From Eledone cirrhosa (taxonomy: Eukaryota): DNA of 64,000 bases. Of the stretch, positions 1 through 14,769 are shown piece after piece; the first letter of the stretch is position 1; each line of letters begins with the position of its first letter. The notes under the pieces were generated by a model. That model made no database searches, was not told the origin of the DNA, and was given only the letters and a program-made list of their open reading frames with translations. Location: the NCBI GenBank assembly GCA_964016885.1, contig OZ024746.1:14756001-14820000 (forward strand). The letters are read 5' to 3'. A program made the position numbers and the translations under genes.

Positions 1-604
1 TTATACCAACTAGTCACTAAATGGTTCTGTTATTCCCACTATTGAAATATTGAAAGGCAGTGTTTGTTACTGTACTTATAGTATGCTAATTAGTTTTTTA
101 AAACAAAAGAATACTTGTGAAGAACAGGTTTAATATGAATAATAAATTTGAAGATTTATGACAAATTATTTAATGAGTAGTTTCTGGTGATTATATAATC
201 ATCACTGGCAAAGAGTTAAAGATGAAAAAGTAATGAAAAGAAATTCAGATAATTGAGATTTTTAGCTGACAGTTTTTTTAGATTGGATGTTTGTCTTGAT
301 AGCTTATCAAATTAATGACAATCATATAAGGGCAGGAAAATAAAAAAGAATTCCTTCACTGTGTGTGTGTACATTATCAAGTATATATGTGCATACATAC
401 ACACACATGCTGAAAGTTTTACTGTATTGCAAACTTCTTGCTCTGCCTATGTCATGAAAATGTATGGATGAAACTCACTGACACCCACCACAATTGCACT
501 CACAAATGCACTGTTATTAGGCAATATTGTCTTAGGTTGTCAATAGTGTATTCACCCTGTTAGCAAATTGATGAAAGTAATATAAAAGAAACAATATGTA
601 ACCA

Positions 605-803
605 TTAACCCTTTCACCATATTTCTAATGAAATACCTTGCTAATGTCTTGTAATTAATTTTAAAAATAATCAAGAATTGACTGGTATTTAATAATATAA
701 ATAACTTTGTCATTGTTAATGTGGTGTTTGGAACATGCAATTATGATGGAAGGTTTAATTTAGATGTGAAAGCTTTAAATTGGGTTGCTATCAAAAGAGT
801 TAA
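605..803. mobile_element. TTAA-flanked piggyBac-like MITE
   Basis: Begins TTAACCCTTT and ends AAAGAGTTAA. Internal sequence recurs near 39480-39890, 49352-49566, 52200-52470, 57060-57330 and 59790-59905. Confidence 0.6.
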
Positions 804-879
804 GAAAGAACAAATAAACCAGACATCTTTTCAACATAATTGAAACAGAAATGAAAATTATCAATTTGGCTTGCTCCAT

Positions 880-1216
880 TATAGTAATATTAATTCTGCT
901 TATAATATATATTTATAGTAATATTAATTCTGCTTATAATATTATATATTTATAGTAATATTAATTCTGCTTATAATATATATTTATAGTAATATTAATT
1001 CTGCTTATAATATTATATATTTATAGTAATATTAATTCTGCTTATAATATATATTTATAGTAATATTAATTCTGCTTATAATATTATATATTTATAGTAA
1101 TATTAATTCTGCTTATAATATATATTTATAGTAATATTAATTCTGCTTATAATATTATATATTTATAGTAATATTAATTCTGCTTATAATATTATATATT
1201 TATAGTAATATTAATT
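880..1216. repeat. AT-rich minisatellite with alternating 34/37-bp units
   Basis: ATAGTAATATTAATTCTGCTTATAAT... starts at 881, 915, 952, 986, 1023, 1057, 1094, 1128, 1165 and 1202. Confidence 0.95.
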
Positions 1217-1391
1217 TGTGTGTTTGTGATGGTGGGAAAGAACATACATGTGATGATAGTGTTTTCTTAATTTTCACAGACATTATTCAAATGACTAGCA
1301 AAAAGCATATTTTATTGTTTAAACTAATACAATAGTTAATTAACATAATCTTTGTATATCAAAAAGCTTTAATTAACAAAATGTTTTTCAG

Positions 1392-1547
1392 GGACACCTA
1401 TTTCTCTTCACATACCTATGGATCTTCCTCCAGTCACAAGTAGTTCTACTGTTGGTTCCAGTGCAGAGCTTAACCATATTGACTTGGCTAAATTAAGTAA
1501 AAACTTTCATGACCTTGGATGTGTTCTAGATGGTGGATTTTCTCCAG
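1392..1547 (+). CDS. INO80D: INO80 complex subunit D-like, internal coding exon (gene begins upstream of window)
   Basis: tttttcag acceptor and GTGATT donor. 156 bp, phase 1/1, open frame TPISLHIPMDLPPVTSSSTVGSSAELNHIDLAKLSKNFHDLGCVLDGGFSP that splices in frame to 2790. Confidence 0.65.
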
Positions 1548-2789
1548 GTGATTAGGCCTTCTATATTTCATTTTTCTTGGCATTTATATTTAATTTCTAT
1601 TATTTAAATGTATAGATAAATTTCAAGGCTATGTTTTTATATCTTCCAAATATAAATTCTGATGCCATGATATAAAGCACCCAGTTGTAGTGACCAAGCC
1701 CCCAAAAAACAAAAAACAAATCCATATGAGCAAGTCATGGCTACCTGACCTGACTAGTCTCATAACATAACCTGTCTAACCCATGAAAGTATGGAAAAAC
1801 CGTTAAACATTGATGCTGATAATCAAATTCTGTCTGTTAAGGATGATTTAAGTTCTGTCAAAAAATTTAGATGTTTATAAATAGATTTAATTAAAATCTT
1901 AGCAAAGTCGTTATTGGAATATCAATAGAAAAGACACAAGATTTTCAATGTACTTCTATAGTAAAATCATTTGAAAGACTTTCCTATAGTAGAATTCAGC
2001 AATGCACTAATATATTTAAAAGTAAAAGTGCATAAATTTTTATAAGAAATAAAGTGAAAACAACCATCCTTAAGTCATTGTCCAGCTTAAGAATGATTGA
2101 ATTCTGTCCAATATTGAGAAGCATCTTTCATTTGTAACCAAAGTTGTGGAGATGGTCAGAAAAAGTTGAATGAGTCTAACAGTTTCTGATGTAACACTAA
2201 AATAGCATTGTTTGACTTAATATCATCATCATCATTGTCATTATACATATAGCTGAATTCATTTATCAAAGATTTCTAACCAATGATAGTAGGAAGTGAG
2301 TAAAGGAAATGGGGAGGGAGCAAATTATACACAGAAATGGTATAACAGCCATTCCATCTCACAGTCTCTTTCCTAAAGTGATATTCCTTCCTCTTGATTT
2401 AGCAGAGGAAAATAACATCCCGTAGACTGTGAATGCAGGAGGTCTTGATGGCAACCAGCATAAAAAAGGAAACTGTCAATCAAAGCCCAGTATTTAGTTG
2501 TTTTCCATTCTTCAATGCTACAGGTGGCAGTATCCAGGTTTGTTTCCAAATTGACGAGGTTGGCATCAGAGAATGAGGATCCTTAGACAAGTGACTTACC
2601 TTGTTCAAACAAATAATGAATTAGCCTCTCTGGGTGCCTACTGTCACTGTGGTTGAGGCTGACAAGGTCCAGGTGTGAGTGGAAACCGGTGATGTGATGG
2701 CTTGTTCTGACGTTGTTCAAGGTGGTGTGGCAACAAGAAAGCAGATGTAGGAAATTTTTTAATGAATAAATCATATTTTCTTTTTGTAG

Positions 2790-2894
2790 ACTCCATAGAT
2801 AAATCATTTGAGTTGCCACTCGATCAAGCATCGAAGCTTCTAGAACAAGATTTACAAGAGGTTTTCAACAATGACACATTTGATATATTTTCAG
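2790..2894 (+). CDS. INO80D: INO80D-like, penultimate coding exon
   Basis: Polypyrimidine-TAG acceptor and GTATGT donor. 105 bp, phase 1/1, DSIDKSFELPLDQASKLLEQDLQEVFNNDTFDIFS. Confidence 0.75.
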
Positions 2895-3023
2895 GTATGT
2901 ATCAACAACAATTCTATTGTTATTTGATACTATAACCAAAACAAATGTTGAATAAAAAAATTGATATTTATTTCCTTCAAAATATCATCAGTATATTGAA
3001 ATAAATTTTTTCCATTATAACAG

Positions 3024-4285
3024 GCCGAAATGGAGAATATGACCCTACAAAAGAAGAATCTGAAGATCTTGAACGTGCACTAGCAGCAGCTTATAAAGAT
3101 ATTCGAGATGCTAAAGAAAAGCTTGATAAATTGTCTAGGGTTGGTGATCAATCTTCCCAGTTAATGGATGTTAATGATGAAGAATGGACCAAACATATTG
3201 CAGATTCACTTTTGAATTCTGTCCAGCCTAATACAGTTCCTGTCACTGCCACTAGTATGACTCCTGGGAATAGCCTAGCTTCAGAGCTTATGAAAGATAA
3301 TTTAAATGTTCTTGACAGTTCTGATTTAACTGCTAACTCTCTGCCTATGTCTGGTCAAGTCATCAACCAATCAGTTGGTTCTGTTGCAACTGCTACATCA
3401 AATGGAGGAACTTCAGTTTTGCCATATGGTTGGATTCATTTCAATATGGCACCAGTGCCATCATCACTATCAGATCAACCATTATCAAATTGTAACAATC
3501 TCTTTGTCAATAAGCATGTACCATTAGCATCTACTCAGTCTATAACTTCAGATTTGGCCTTAACGTCTTCACAAGTTTCAACAAATGTTTCACACCCTTC
3601 CTCTTCAATATACAGGTCTGCTTCAAACAATCGAACTGTTTTGACTACCAATTCTAAAGAAACAACTACAGAAGGAAATACTCCACTTGGAGACATGGCA
3701 CTTCAGCAGTCTTCTACTGAGCCAAAACCTTTATCTTCATCTGAATCTTCTGTAGCAGCTGCAACAACGCAAGCTAATTATCGAGAAGGAACGCGAACCA
3801 TTTCTGCTCATCCTACAATTCATACAGCAGTCACATCAGCTCAAACTGGTTTGCCAGCTCATGTAAACATGAACTCCCAAACCTCAACCCAGATGACCAC
3901 CACCAGTATTCAGATGCCATCTTCTCAAACTGCCATTCTTCCAACGTTATTGTCAATGCAAAGTGGCTCTATTCGGCCAGGAATCTGGCCCTCTGGTGGA
4001 GTGACTGCTGGAATTCCTATTCACTATTATAATGGCTTGCCTTCATCAGGAAGAATACCATTTGTTCAGAACATTGATTCTGGGCCACCACCTGGCAGCT
4101 CTGCTAAATTCCAATTAAATTCACACTTAGATTCAGGGGAATATAAACAAGATTTGACATTTACTTCATTATCACATTCCATGGGGACTTCCCATGGGGA
4201 AGCCCAAAGAACACGGACTGAAAAGAATCAAGGAGCAAAGCCTGGCTCTATAACACACTTGAACTCATCTGGGGAAAATACATAG
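3024..4285 (+). CDS. INO80D: INO80D-like, last coding exon (Ser/Thr-rich low-complexity tail)
   Basis: CAG acceptor at 3021-3023; in frame with the 384-aa ORF to TAG at 4283-4285. The spliced junction reads FDIFSGRNGEYDPTKEESEDLERALAA, resembling the vertebrate INO80D motif FDFFEGKNGDLLPTTEEAEELERAL (recalled, not searched). Confidence 0.75.
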
Positions 4286-7200
4286 CAGTGAATGTGATAT
4301 TTGTATTTCAGTGCTGTGTCTGATTGGTCAGCACCATCATCCACCTCCAGGTGCCTATATCGTGCAGTTTTGTCTGTTGTAACTTTATTCTCCCCCTATT
4401 TCTTTTTCAATCCTAATTAATTTGTAAGACTACAGGAGACAGCCATTATAAATTTATTGATATTCACACAACTTTTCTTAAGTTCTAAAGAACAAGAAAA
4501 ACGACTATCCTTACCTTCTAGTCTTACTATCAATACTTTGAGATCTTTAATTGATAAAAGTAAAAAAACTACAAACCAAAACTCAACAGAAGAAATATCT
4601 GATTAGTAACACAAAGAAAATATAATTTAAAAGAAACAAAATGGGGAAAAAATGTTTAATCAGAAATGAAATGAATAAAAAGACAAACTTACCAATTAAG
4701 AAATGCCTCACCACATCATTTTTCATCATTGTAAATATCTTCCCATTTTTTCATGTCTTTACATACTGCACATAGATATTTTCTATGTATATACATACAT
4801 ATGTGTGTGTGTGTGTGTGTGTGTGTGTCTGTGTGTGTATGTGTGCATGTTTATGTATATGGGTTGTGTGTATATGTAAGTATTTAAAAGCATACAAATA
4901 TGTAATACATAGGCATTCATGATTGTGCATATATGTATATATTCCAGGTGGTTTGGGCCCTTCAAAGCAAATCAATTAAATATAACCTATTTTGCTAATA
5001 TCTGCTATGTTTGAAGTGACTGGAATACACTAAGAGTACTCTGTTATTGTGGTTTGTTTTGTGTTTAAATGTATTATCATATCATGAAAGTTTAAAGAAA
5101 ACAAGCTATTTCATCTGTAGCTCAGATCATTCTTACTGTATTTCACATGGAGCATGAGATGACTAAAACCAAGTCTAGCATATATTGACACCCATTGTCT
5201 TTTCTTGCTGACTGTTGCTCCTTTTATCCAAATTTACTGGGTATATGAATACTGTAATAAACTGATTTACCAAAAATAAAAAAACAAAAAACAATAAAAT
5301 ACAAAAAAAAAATATAATAATCCCACCCCTATTTATGTATTTATCATAGTGTAAAGAAAAATTGAATTCAATAATTTATTTGGCAACTTTCTTTCTCACC
5401 GTTTGTGACCTTCTTTCATTACTCACAGTACCTCAGTGTTTCGTCATGAGCTGTATTGGAACTGATGTTAGCATTTGTCAACATATATTTTCTCCTGAAA
5501 AAAAAAAGGCAAAGCCCCCAAATTATCATTTAATACACTACTGTCCAAAATGGTGGTTTGGGACTTTCAGACAGTCACCATTAGGCTGTAGGACACTACT
5601 GGAAAATGTTTCTATTTCATCTGTCATCATCATTATCATCATCATTTTTTCTCATCACAGCTTAGCTATTAAATTAAGAATAAACTCTAGTTCTTAAGCT
5701 CTTTGATTTTATTCTTAAAATAAAATATATAAGCTTTTTTAAATTAATTTTTAATTCCGACTTTATGAATTTTTATGATTATTATATTTAATTCAAGTAT
5801 TCTAACTCAAATAATATTTTTTCTTCATACACAATCATCTAATAACTAATTTCAATCATTATCATTGTAGATTTTTTTTTATTGATAAACATGTTTTTAC
5901 AAAATTATTTTATTTTAATCATATTAAATTTACTTGAAAAAAATTAGTTGCATTTTCTAAACATTAAATAAATTGATCTCTAGCCCATCTTTTCTTTCCA
6001 TCTTAAATTTGTTTATCAAAGTAGTTTACTTAACAATTGAGTAATTACTTTTCAAGCCCCATATGTTGTGAATATTCATATAGTATAGCAGTTACATGCT
6101 TTTATTACTCAAAATTTTAGAGATTTTTTTAAAATTATGGAAATAATGAAAAAAAAAATGTTTATCTTATTTTTAGTTATATAATGAATTCATAAATGTA
6201 ATACATCCATTTATTGCTGTAATAATATGATATTCTTTCTTCCTTCTACACAAATTAAATAAGAATGAAATAATTTATTTTCTTAATAAATATTAGAGAA
6301 GCAAAATCAGTAACATTTTCCAAGTAGATGTTTGTACCTGAAAGGAAACATTATTATTTCAATGTCAATTTTTGGCATCAGCTTCATGAATATATTTATG
6401 TTTTTCTGTGCCCCACACTCTTTTCCCAGCTACTGTTCCTAATAATTATCACCTTTTTGTCATTAAATATCTTATCAGAATTATTTGGTCACATTTTTTC
6501 CTCGCTGTTTTGTGTTTCTAATATATTTCTTCACATTTTATTATTTACAAAAAAAAAAAAAAAAAAATCTGTCGATTATTATTCCAATGTTACAAACATA
6601 GCCCTTTAGTGTACTTTATTCTATTTATACTGCCTTTTTGTTTATTATTTTATTTTGTTTGTTTTTATGTGTGGGATAGTGGAGATGCAATAAATAGGTT
6701 ATTAAGTTTGTTAAATCCCTTATGTTGCTTCTTCATTCTCTATTATCTAGTTGTAAATCTGCTATCATATGTCAACTTCAATGACAAATGATTTTCGAAG
6801 CACATTTAATTATTGTTTTTAACCAACAAACTATTTCAAATTGTCACTTGTTTCATATCATAAATAAATCATTTCAATTTTCTCTGCATATTTCTTTTCC
6901 TATTTTAAGGTGATGACATTTCATTTTAAAAGTAATGAGGAGAGACTAAAATTTGTTGCAGAGATCTTTTGATATTTTATGAGATCCACTTGTCTCCTAT
7001 ATGTGTTGTAACTTTTGTTAACAAATGAAATGTGTTATTGCAAATAGTTAATAATCTAGCTTGCTTTGAGTTTTATGAATTATAATTAATGCAATATTTA
7101 TGAATTTATCTTTATTTTATAATGTTATTTTATGTTTAAAATATTATCATCATATTTTTATTTTATTCTGTTTTATTTTTCTCTTATAAAATTTTAATTT

Positions 7201-10200
7201 AAGAAAATTTATTAGATAATGAAATTTCTTAAAGAATCTCAATTTGCAATAATTAAATTTCATAATTTAAGCAATCGGTATTTTAAAGAAATAACTAACA
7301 TTGTAATAATGTCTTTATATATCACCCAGAACATCTTTAAAATCACTCATACATTTATTTAATCTAAGAAACAATATTATTTATTTGCCTGAGAAAATCA
7401 TTTAAGTTTTTCCCTTTCATATTTTAAAGTGGAATTTTGAAAGGTAAGAATATTTTGAGTAAAGTGTCTCTTCTATTTCATTGTTTTATTTTTTTTATAA
7501 CAGTTAAATAGAATTTTTAAAATTGTTTGTGTGTGTGTGTAATGTAATTCACATTTTTAAAAGAATAAATATTTATTTTATTTTCTATATAATTGCAAAG
7601 GAAAGGGATATGGAATAGGTTAATATTTTAAATGTTTTACATATTTTATGCATTTTTTTCATAAAGAAAGAATTTAAGTTATTGTAATGATACATTGAGT
7701 CATTGTGTAATTGGTATATATTATTGTTAAAGTACCAGTAACATACTGCGATAATTGCTGGCCTTGTGCCAAAAATAGAAACAATTAAGTACTGTCAGCA
7801 GCTGTGTTAAGAGCCAAAGTGGAATTGATGCCACTAGGTACTTCCAGATTTTAGTCAAACTTGTAGGAAAGAGAAAAGAAATTTCAAAAATTAATTTAGT
7901 TGATAACCATGCCTGTAGTATACTATACCATAATAAACAATAACTAGTTTGCTACAACATTAAGAACAGATCACATCGCCATTAGTTACTGTATCCCAAA
8001 AGATAATCAATGAAACATTCTTTTTATATAAGATTTTTTTTATAATTATTGTAGGTTTTTACTTTTCATTTTTCATGTTCATTTGGGTTTTCTAATGTAT
8101 TTGTTTTTCCATTCACACTAAGAATTTGAAATTTTCTATTATGATGATGATGATGATGATGATGTTTGTGTAGTTCTGATATTCATATGCTTATATCAAT
8201 TTATGTATTTTCCTGTTTATCTTTTTGTATCTTTATTTCTCTAAATTTTTTGTCTTACTCTTTTATTTATTTTTATCTACTGTAGGCAGGACATAGAATT
8301 TTTGTCTTCTAAAATTTTAATACATTTTTTTATAGTGTGACTATTTGAAGTGTCTTTTTTTATGTCAAACTGTACTGTTTATTTCACAGGTTTGTTCTTT
8401 TCAACAATAACTTTGTCTATACAGTGCAGCTCTCTGTACTGTATGGACTTGAGGATATCTCGACAATATTGTTTTTAGTTAATTTGTAAATATTTAGACA
8501 CTTCCAGAATCCTCAATAATAATAATAATAATGAATGTTTACAAAGTGAATTAGCTGGCCTGTAATGATGTATATTCTTGTAAAAAATAAACAAAATAAA
8601 AAGGATTAATAAATAATTATAATATGTGAATTAGATTTTCCCATTCACTTGTGAATGTAAAGCATTGTACAGCTTTTTGTACAAAAAGATTGATAAGCTG
8701 TCTTCCAAATTATAACAAAAACAACTGCCCATGTTTGTATCCCAGTTGTGTTGTGTTTGCTGGTTTATACTGGATCAAGTGAGGATGTTAGGCAATTAGC
8801 TTGTCTTTTATTTTTTTCATTGTCCTGCTCATTGAAGATGTTCTCAAACTTTTGATTCCCATCCTCTTGGTGGTTTTCTTTAAATGGATATTAGTAAAAC
8901 AATTTTGGAGAGAAATGTTAGGTATGGCATTCCAACACTGCTGTATATGGAATCCTATCAGCTGGTATTTACTGGAAGAAAAGAAAAGCCTATTTTGGAA
9001 GTTATGATGCCAAATAAAAATAACTGCTTATGTCTACATGGAAAATGTTCATTGCTTACAAATCTGTGTGTGTGTATTATTTTGGAGAAAATAGAATAGA
9101 TGAAGTAAAAGGGAGGAATGAATATATATTTATTAAGGTCAAGCGAGTTGTGTTACTGAAGAGCTATGCTTGTGTATTCACAGGACATGAACTTAATAAA
9201 TATCAATCTCTACTATGGTATTGAGTATTCATTCTTACAACTGTCAATAAAGGATATATATATGTGTGTGTGTGTTTATATATATATATATATATGTATA
9301 CTAATCATTATCGTTGTCATCATCATCTTTGTTTGCTTTTCCATTCTTACACAGCATCCCTCCCTTCATTGCTTTTCTCCATCACCTCAGTAAGCTTCAG
9401 CAATTCATGGTCTCCTTTCACCACCTTTGCCTAGGCCTTCCTCTACTGTAGTTTCCTACCACTGGCATTTCTTGGCACTCTTTTTACCAAACAATCATCA
9501 TATCTGATTATGTTCGTGGCTAGTTCAGCACCTACTGTCATAGACGCTCCCAGCAACTGTTTCTGGTGATCCAATAACGTTATTTTTCATCGTCTTGATT
9601 GCTTCTTTGACCCTATAACTGTCAATTTTGATAACTGGTATCTTTGTTGGGTCACACAACCTCTCATAACAACATTTCCAGACCTCTTATTTTCCCCAGC
9701 AGCATCCTGATTCACACTGAAACATCTCCCACCTCTGATCCTCACAGGACATTGGCAAACCTGCTTTCAGCTTCTTTAGTGTGCTATATATATGTCTAGC
9801 TTCTCTTTTAGCTACCACCAGTCTTGTCAGTAGCTGCAGTGGGAACTTAAATTGCCCTCTGCCATATTTATTTAATTCCTGTTCCTTCTTGCCTCAGAGT
9901 TTTTATGAAAGTATATATATATACACACACACTTATCTTTTTACTTGCTCTAGCCGATGGGCTGAGGTTGTACTGGGTCACCACCATTGTTACATTTTCT
10001 ATAGCTGTTCTTTGGTTAGCCACACTGTAGGCTCATCTGGAATCTTAGACAGCAGAATGTTGAGATGCTTCTTGAAAACATCTACATCCACCCCATGTAG
10101 ATCTGTTTTATTTTTTTAGCAGCATATTGAAGATCTAGGGGCCCCTGAAGCCTGAGTATCTGGTTTTTACTCTAGATATGGAGGATGGGACCTTTGGCAT

Positions 10201-10224
10201 TATGCAGTGATGTCTTGTGTGTAT

Positions 10225-10600
10225 ATCATCATCATCATCATCATCAACGTTTAACGTCCGTGTTCCACGCTTGCATGGGTTTGGACAGGGGTTTTCCCAC
10301 TTGAGGCAAGAGTGATTATCTTGCTCGCATAGGACTGTCTGGCGGGTTTTCTACAGCTGGATGCCCTTCCTAACACCAACCACATTTACAGTGTGGGGCT
10401 GGGAGGTTTTTACCGTGTTGCCTACACGGCCACATTACAGCGTGAACTGTGTTTTTTTGACGTGACACTACACGATCTCATTTGTTTCGGCCTGGATGTT
10501 GTGGCACCAACATAACTTTACATTGAAAGGGGCGGTGTGGATGGGGTGGGGGTGGTGGGACGGGGGTGTATTTTGTTAGAGATGCCTACTGACTGTAGTA
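10225..10600 (-). mobile_element. SINE with RTE-type 3' tail and (GAT)n end
   Basis: Reverse complement of the element at 22850-23270 and 51260-51565 (GGCATCCAGC.GTAGAAA ... ACCCATGC.AGCGTGGAA ... GGACGTTAAACG(ATG)n). Confidence 0.8.
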
Positions 10601-10639
10601 GGTTTTACTTTGATATTTATCATTGTGTATCTCCTGTAT

Positions 10640-12100
10640 TCACTCCAAAGAGTAGTTTTAATTCTTTCAACCTCTTATTAGTTCATCTCTTTTATTGAGG
10701 CAATTTTCTTGGTTTAGGTTTGTTAAATTGCTTAAAATTCCACAGTTAATTTGACACGGGCGATCATAGCTGGAAGCAATAGTCCAGGTGGCTGAGGACA
10801 AATGTTATTTACAAGACCAACTTGATTTCACACTCTCTTGTCCTGAATGAACTCCGAATCCATCTTGCCAGTCATCTGCACATTGTGACCATCATGGTGA
10901 TATGTACAAGAAATGATGCATCATTCTCATGTCAATGCCCAAGTCATGTACTGATTGCAATCCCTCCTGGTCCATAATCTGCATGATCTTGTCCTTGACC
11001 CATTTGTATACGACAGCTAAATTTCGCTGTAAGAGAGTAGTACCAGTCAGATGCTTGATTGCCTGTGCTACTTTCATGCAGTACAACCGAGGGCGTGTCT
11101 GAGAGAGAGACCACAAACAGCAGTGGCTTCAAGACACAATTCCTATTAATGTTTCCTTTGAGAGGGCTCAATTGGTTGCAGTAGTTTAGCTTCTTTTTTA
11201 AGAATTCATGTAGTTTGTAACATTCCATGATCAACCTCATAGAAGGCCTTTGCAAAGTTGAGATTTATCTTATTGAGGTTTGAGCAGTTTAGCAGTTGTT
11301 TCACAACCTAAGCATAATGCTGTAAAAGCTGTGTAAGGCAGCTTCTTTTCAGAGGAAAGCTGCACTGGCTGTTAGCAAGTTTGATCGGCTTTGTTGATAT
11401 GCAAGGTCAGAAAGACAGGCCTGTAATTTTCAGTAATTGCTCTGCTTCATCCGTTATGGATAAAGTATATTATATCTTTAAGTTTCCAGGGCATTTATTA
11501 CTTGGAAATTTTGAAAGTGGTTTTACTGTGGCTCGTTTGCAGGTCTTTATGAAGAGTGCTGGGAGCCCATCGGGGCCAGGAGCTGAAACAGTTCATTTCA
11601 TTTATAGTTGATATTTTATTTTCTTCATTTATATCAATGTAGTTGATAGTTGCCGTTTCTCTATGGGCCTGAAGAACTTATCAGGCTTATTTATGTGTCA
11701 AATTGTACTGATTCACCTTGGGAACAATGGCCCTATCTTGTACACTAAATCAGATTCTTAAAAATTTATAGAAGGCTTTAGGGTTTCTTTTTATATTTTC
11801 TGCAGCCTTGGCTTCTCTTTTTGTTTTCTCAATTTCTACCACTGGCCTATTTAATCAAGATTTCTTGGTTGTTTCTTTGTGTTGCAGCATTCTTGAGAGA
11901 ATATGGCCTCCAGGACATTTGACATTGGGAGGTTGAAATCACCCAAGAGAAATATATTGATGTGTTGCTCCAATTGGGTTAATACCTCTTCTTTCTAAGA
12001 CTGTCTTTGAATTTACTGTTATCATTTGAGGTATGTTGTGAATGATATTTTGTACATAAAGCTGTTTCAAGTTGTTTGATGTGCACTATCAGTTGAATGT
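10640..12100 (-). mobile_element. degenerate CR1/L2-type LINE ORF2 (endonuclease to RT fragment)
   Basis: Minus-strand motifs LLGDFN (~11935-11952), IKRNPKAFY (~11768-11795), APGPDGLP (~11560-11585) and ENYRPV (~11415-11432), with stops and frameshifts. Confidence 0.75.
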
Positions 12101-13614
12101 GACAGTAGGAATAAGGGTGGGTGGCATCTTCACCATAACTTCATTCTTTCCTCCTGAAATACAACATACTTTGGTATGTGTATTTCCACATCTGCTATGT
12201 AAAATATGTTTCTGTGAGTGCAATGTATATTGTTTTGATTGTATGGGGCAAAGTCTCCCAGGTTGTGAATTTTTAATTCTGTTACTGTTATACCTGACTT
12301 GTGATAGTCATCAATAATACTAGTGTAACACAGGTGTGACCAACCCTGATCTATTATTTGTGGTGGCATTGTAGGTTGATGGCTGTAGTTTTGACTACAA
12401 TTTTTTGTGCTATGATAAAAAAAAAACTTGTTGCACTTAGACACACCATCTGCCCCAATTAAAAGGCAGTGTGCAGTTTCGGGTAGATGCATCTACTTTA
12501 GTCCTTTGGGAGTTCTCTCTTTACCAGTAGCACCCTGTAGAGCAGTTATTTCACAAATGAGGATATTTCTTTGAAAAAAGTATTTTCTAATCTTGTGCGC
12601 TGTCAGAAATGTGTCAACAACTTTGGTAGTTATGTAAATAAATTATATTTATATGTATGTTGTAAATATAAATTTATCCTTCAGGCTGGATATTTATTGA
12701 ACGAAACATGCCTGACATGACATTGTTAGGGTGCATGTAGATGATGCTTGTGTGTTAAGGAGTAAATTATAGTACCATCTACAGAGAAATATGTGAAGTT
12801 AGAAGTGACAGTATGTCAATAAGAAGTTCAAAGAGCTGATTATGGTTGCAGGCTTTCCAATGACATAATGGAGTGATCTGCCAAGAACTCCCAAATAAAA
12901 TGTTCTTCAAATAGATCTCTTAGTAATTTATGCCAAGATATTTTACTGCCAGATATAAATGAAGGTTTTGATGATGTCAAAGAAAAATATCTATCTTTGA
13001 AAGCCCTCATGACTAAATAATCTACTAGAGACTTATCTTTACTTAATACACCATTATTATTGACTTTATAGATGTGCTAAATGATGTAAGATATTGTTTG
13101 AAACAATCTCTACTATCTTAGGAATACTAAATGTTGACAGGTCAATAGTTTGCAGTCTGAGGTGATGCCACTTTGAAAATGACACATAAAGTTATCTCTT
13201 TCTTATATCTTGAAGAAAGATCTAAATAGAATTTAAAGAGTCTAGTGACAATAGGAAAACCTGGAGCACTATTTCATCAAATTATTATGGAGTTTAGTTG
13301 CTAAAAAATTGCAGATATTAATTAGAAAATATAAAAACAGAAAGAAACGATAAAGAAAAACATCACATTTACATAAGATATTTGGTATGTTTAAGCAGCC
13401 AATTAAGATTTTATATCCTGCAAGTAAATGCTGAAACTTTGTTCTTGCATTTCAGGAAAGGATTTAATAATGATTCATGGCTTAGCTCGTAACTTTTCAA
13501 TCATGCCTCTTCAGACTAAAGGAAAAAATCTGTTAAATTGCACTGCTTAATAGCAACGATTTATTAAATTGTACCTTAATTCAAAATTTATTATTATTTA
13601 TTCACACTAAAGTT

Positions 13615-13739
13615 CTAAGTAGGGAGTGTCTCAGATTCAGATCGTTTTTGTAGAAGTTCCTTTTCACCTTGAATTTGTTCCAGAGCTATGGCCTCTTCAT
13701 TTTGCATTCTCTTCAATTCTTTCTGCATTGGCCGGATTT
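13615..13739 (-). CDS. COX14: COX14-like cytochrome c oxidase assembly factor, coding exon 2
   Basis: TTTAG acceptor. 125 bp, phase 1, EIRPMQKELKRMQNEEAIALEQIQGEKELLQKRSESETLPT-stop. Minus-strand AATAAA at ~13597-13602. Confidence 0.75.
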
Positions 13740-13779
13740 CTAAAGATATTGTCAAATAAAAAATTCAATAGTATGAATA

Positions 13780-13818
<39 letters not shown>

Positions 13819-14769
13819 ATTTCAACAAATAGGATTTCTGAGACTTGCATTCAAAATCAATACTAATTAGAACAAGTTTTGATTAAACTAATGTAAAAAT
13901 GTATAGCATAAATGTTCCATTTCATTCTTCTTACTTGAAATATGAAGCAATAACATATACAGAAGCAGCAAATAGAATGGGTTGCATTATTCTTTTGGGC
14001 TCTTTTCAAAACCTGCCAGAGTCAACTTTGCCTTCCATTCTTTTCAGGTCATGAAAAATGTACCAGTCTAGTACTGGTGTTGATTCTTCCTCTATATCTT
14101 TTTCACTTCACTCTCTTGAAGAAATTCGCTGTGTTTAGCCCTTTAATGTTCAAATCGGCCAGAATTCTCTACTTCTTTCTGTTGAAACTGGCTGTAACTT
14201 GTCGCTCAAACTGATGTGAAGGTATTGTTTTCAAAATAAATACTTCCAAAATCTCATAGATTCGATATTATGTGAGATATTATGCGAGGTAAAGCCTTTA
14301 CTGTGAAAAAACAATAGTATATATAGAGTAATGTGAATGCTAAAGGGTTAGACTTGGAGAGAGGATAGGCTCTGTCAGATATAAAGTGCCCAAGTATATC
14401 CCTATGGGTCCATTTATACAACATATACGAATCTCCCACATTGAAAACTCAGGTTATGGAATTTCACGTTTATAAAACAATTTGAAAAATGAAAATCATG
14501 ATACATATCATCATTCCATGCTGGCATGGGTTGGACAGGTCATCATAGTCTGTGACTAGACAGTATGTAAAACTATGTCTTGCCCATACATTCCATAGTT
14601 TCTATGGCTGGATTTCCTTCCTAATGCCAACCACTTTACAGAGTGTACTAGGTACAGCATATCATAGCACCAGCCTTAGAAAAGTTGTAATACAAGTGAA
14701 ATAGATTCCTTCAATTGCTTCAAATATTCCCTAGTAGCTGGTGCCAGCTTTTGTTACCTAGGTGGCTTA

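Noticed and set aside
3131-4285. 384-aa ORF as a stand-alone gene
   Set aside because: Starts at a TTG inside a larger exon that opens at 3024 and splices to upstream exons.
12700-13500. Possible decayed DNA-transposon coding remnant
   Set aside because: No diagnostic motif or termini could be read.
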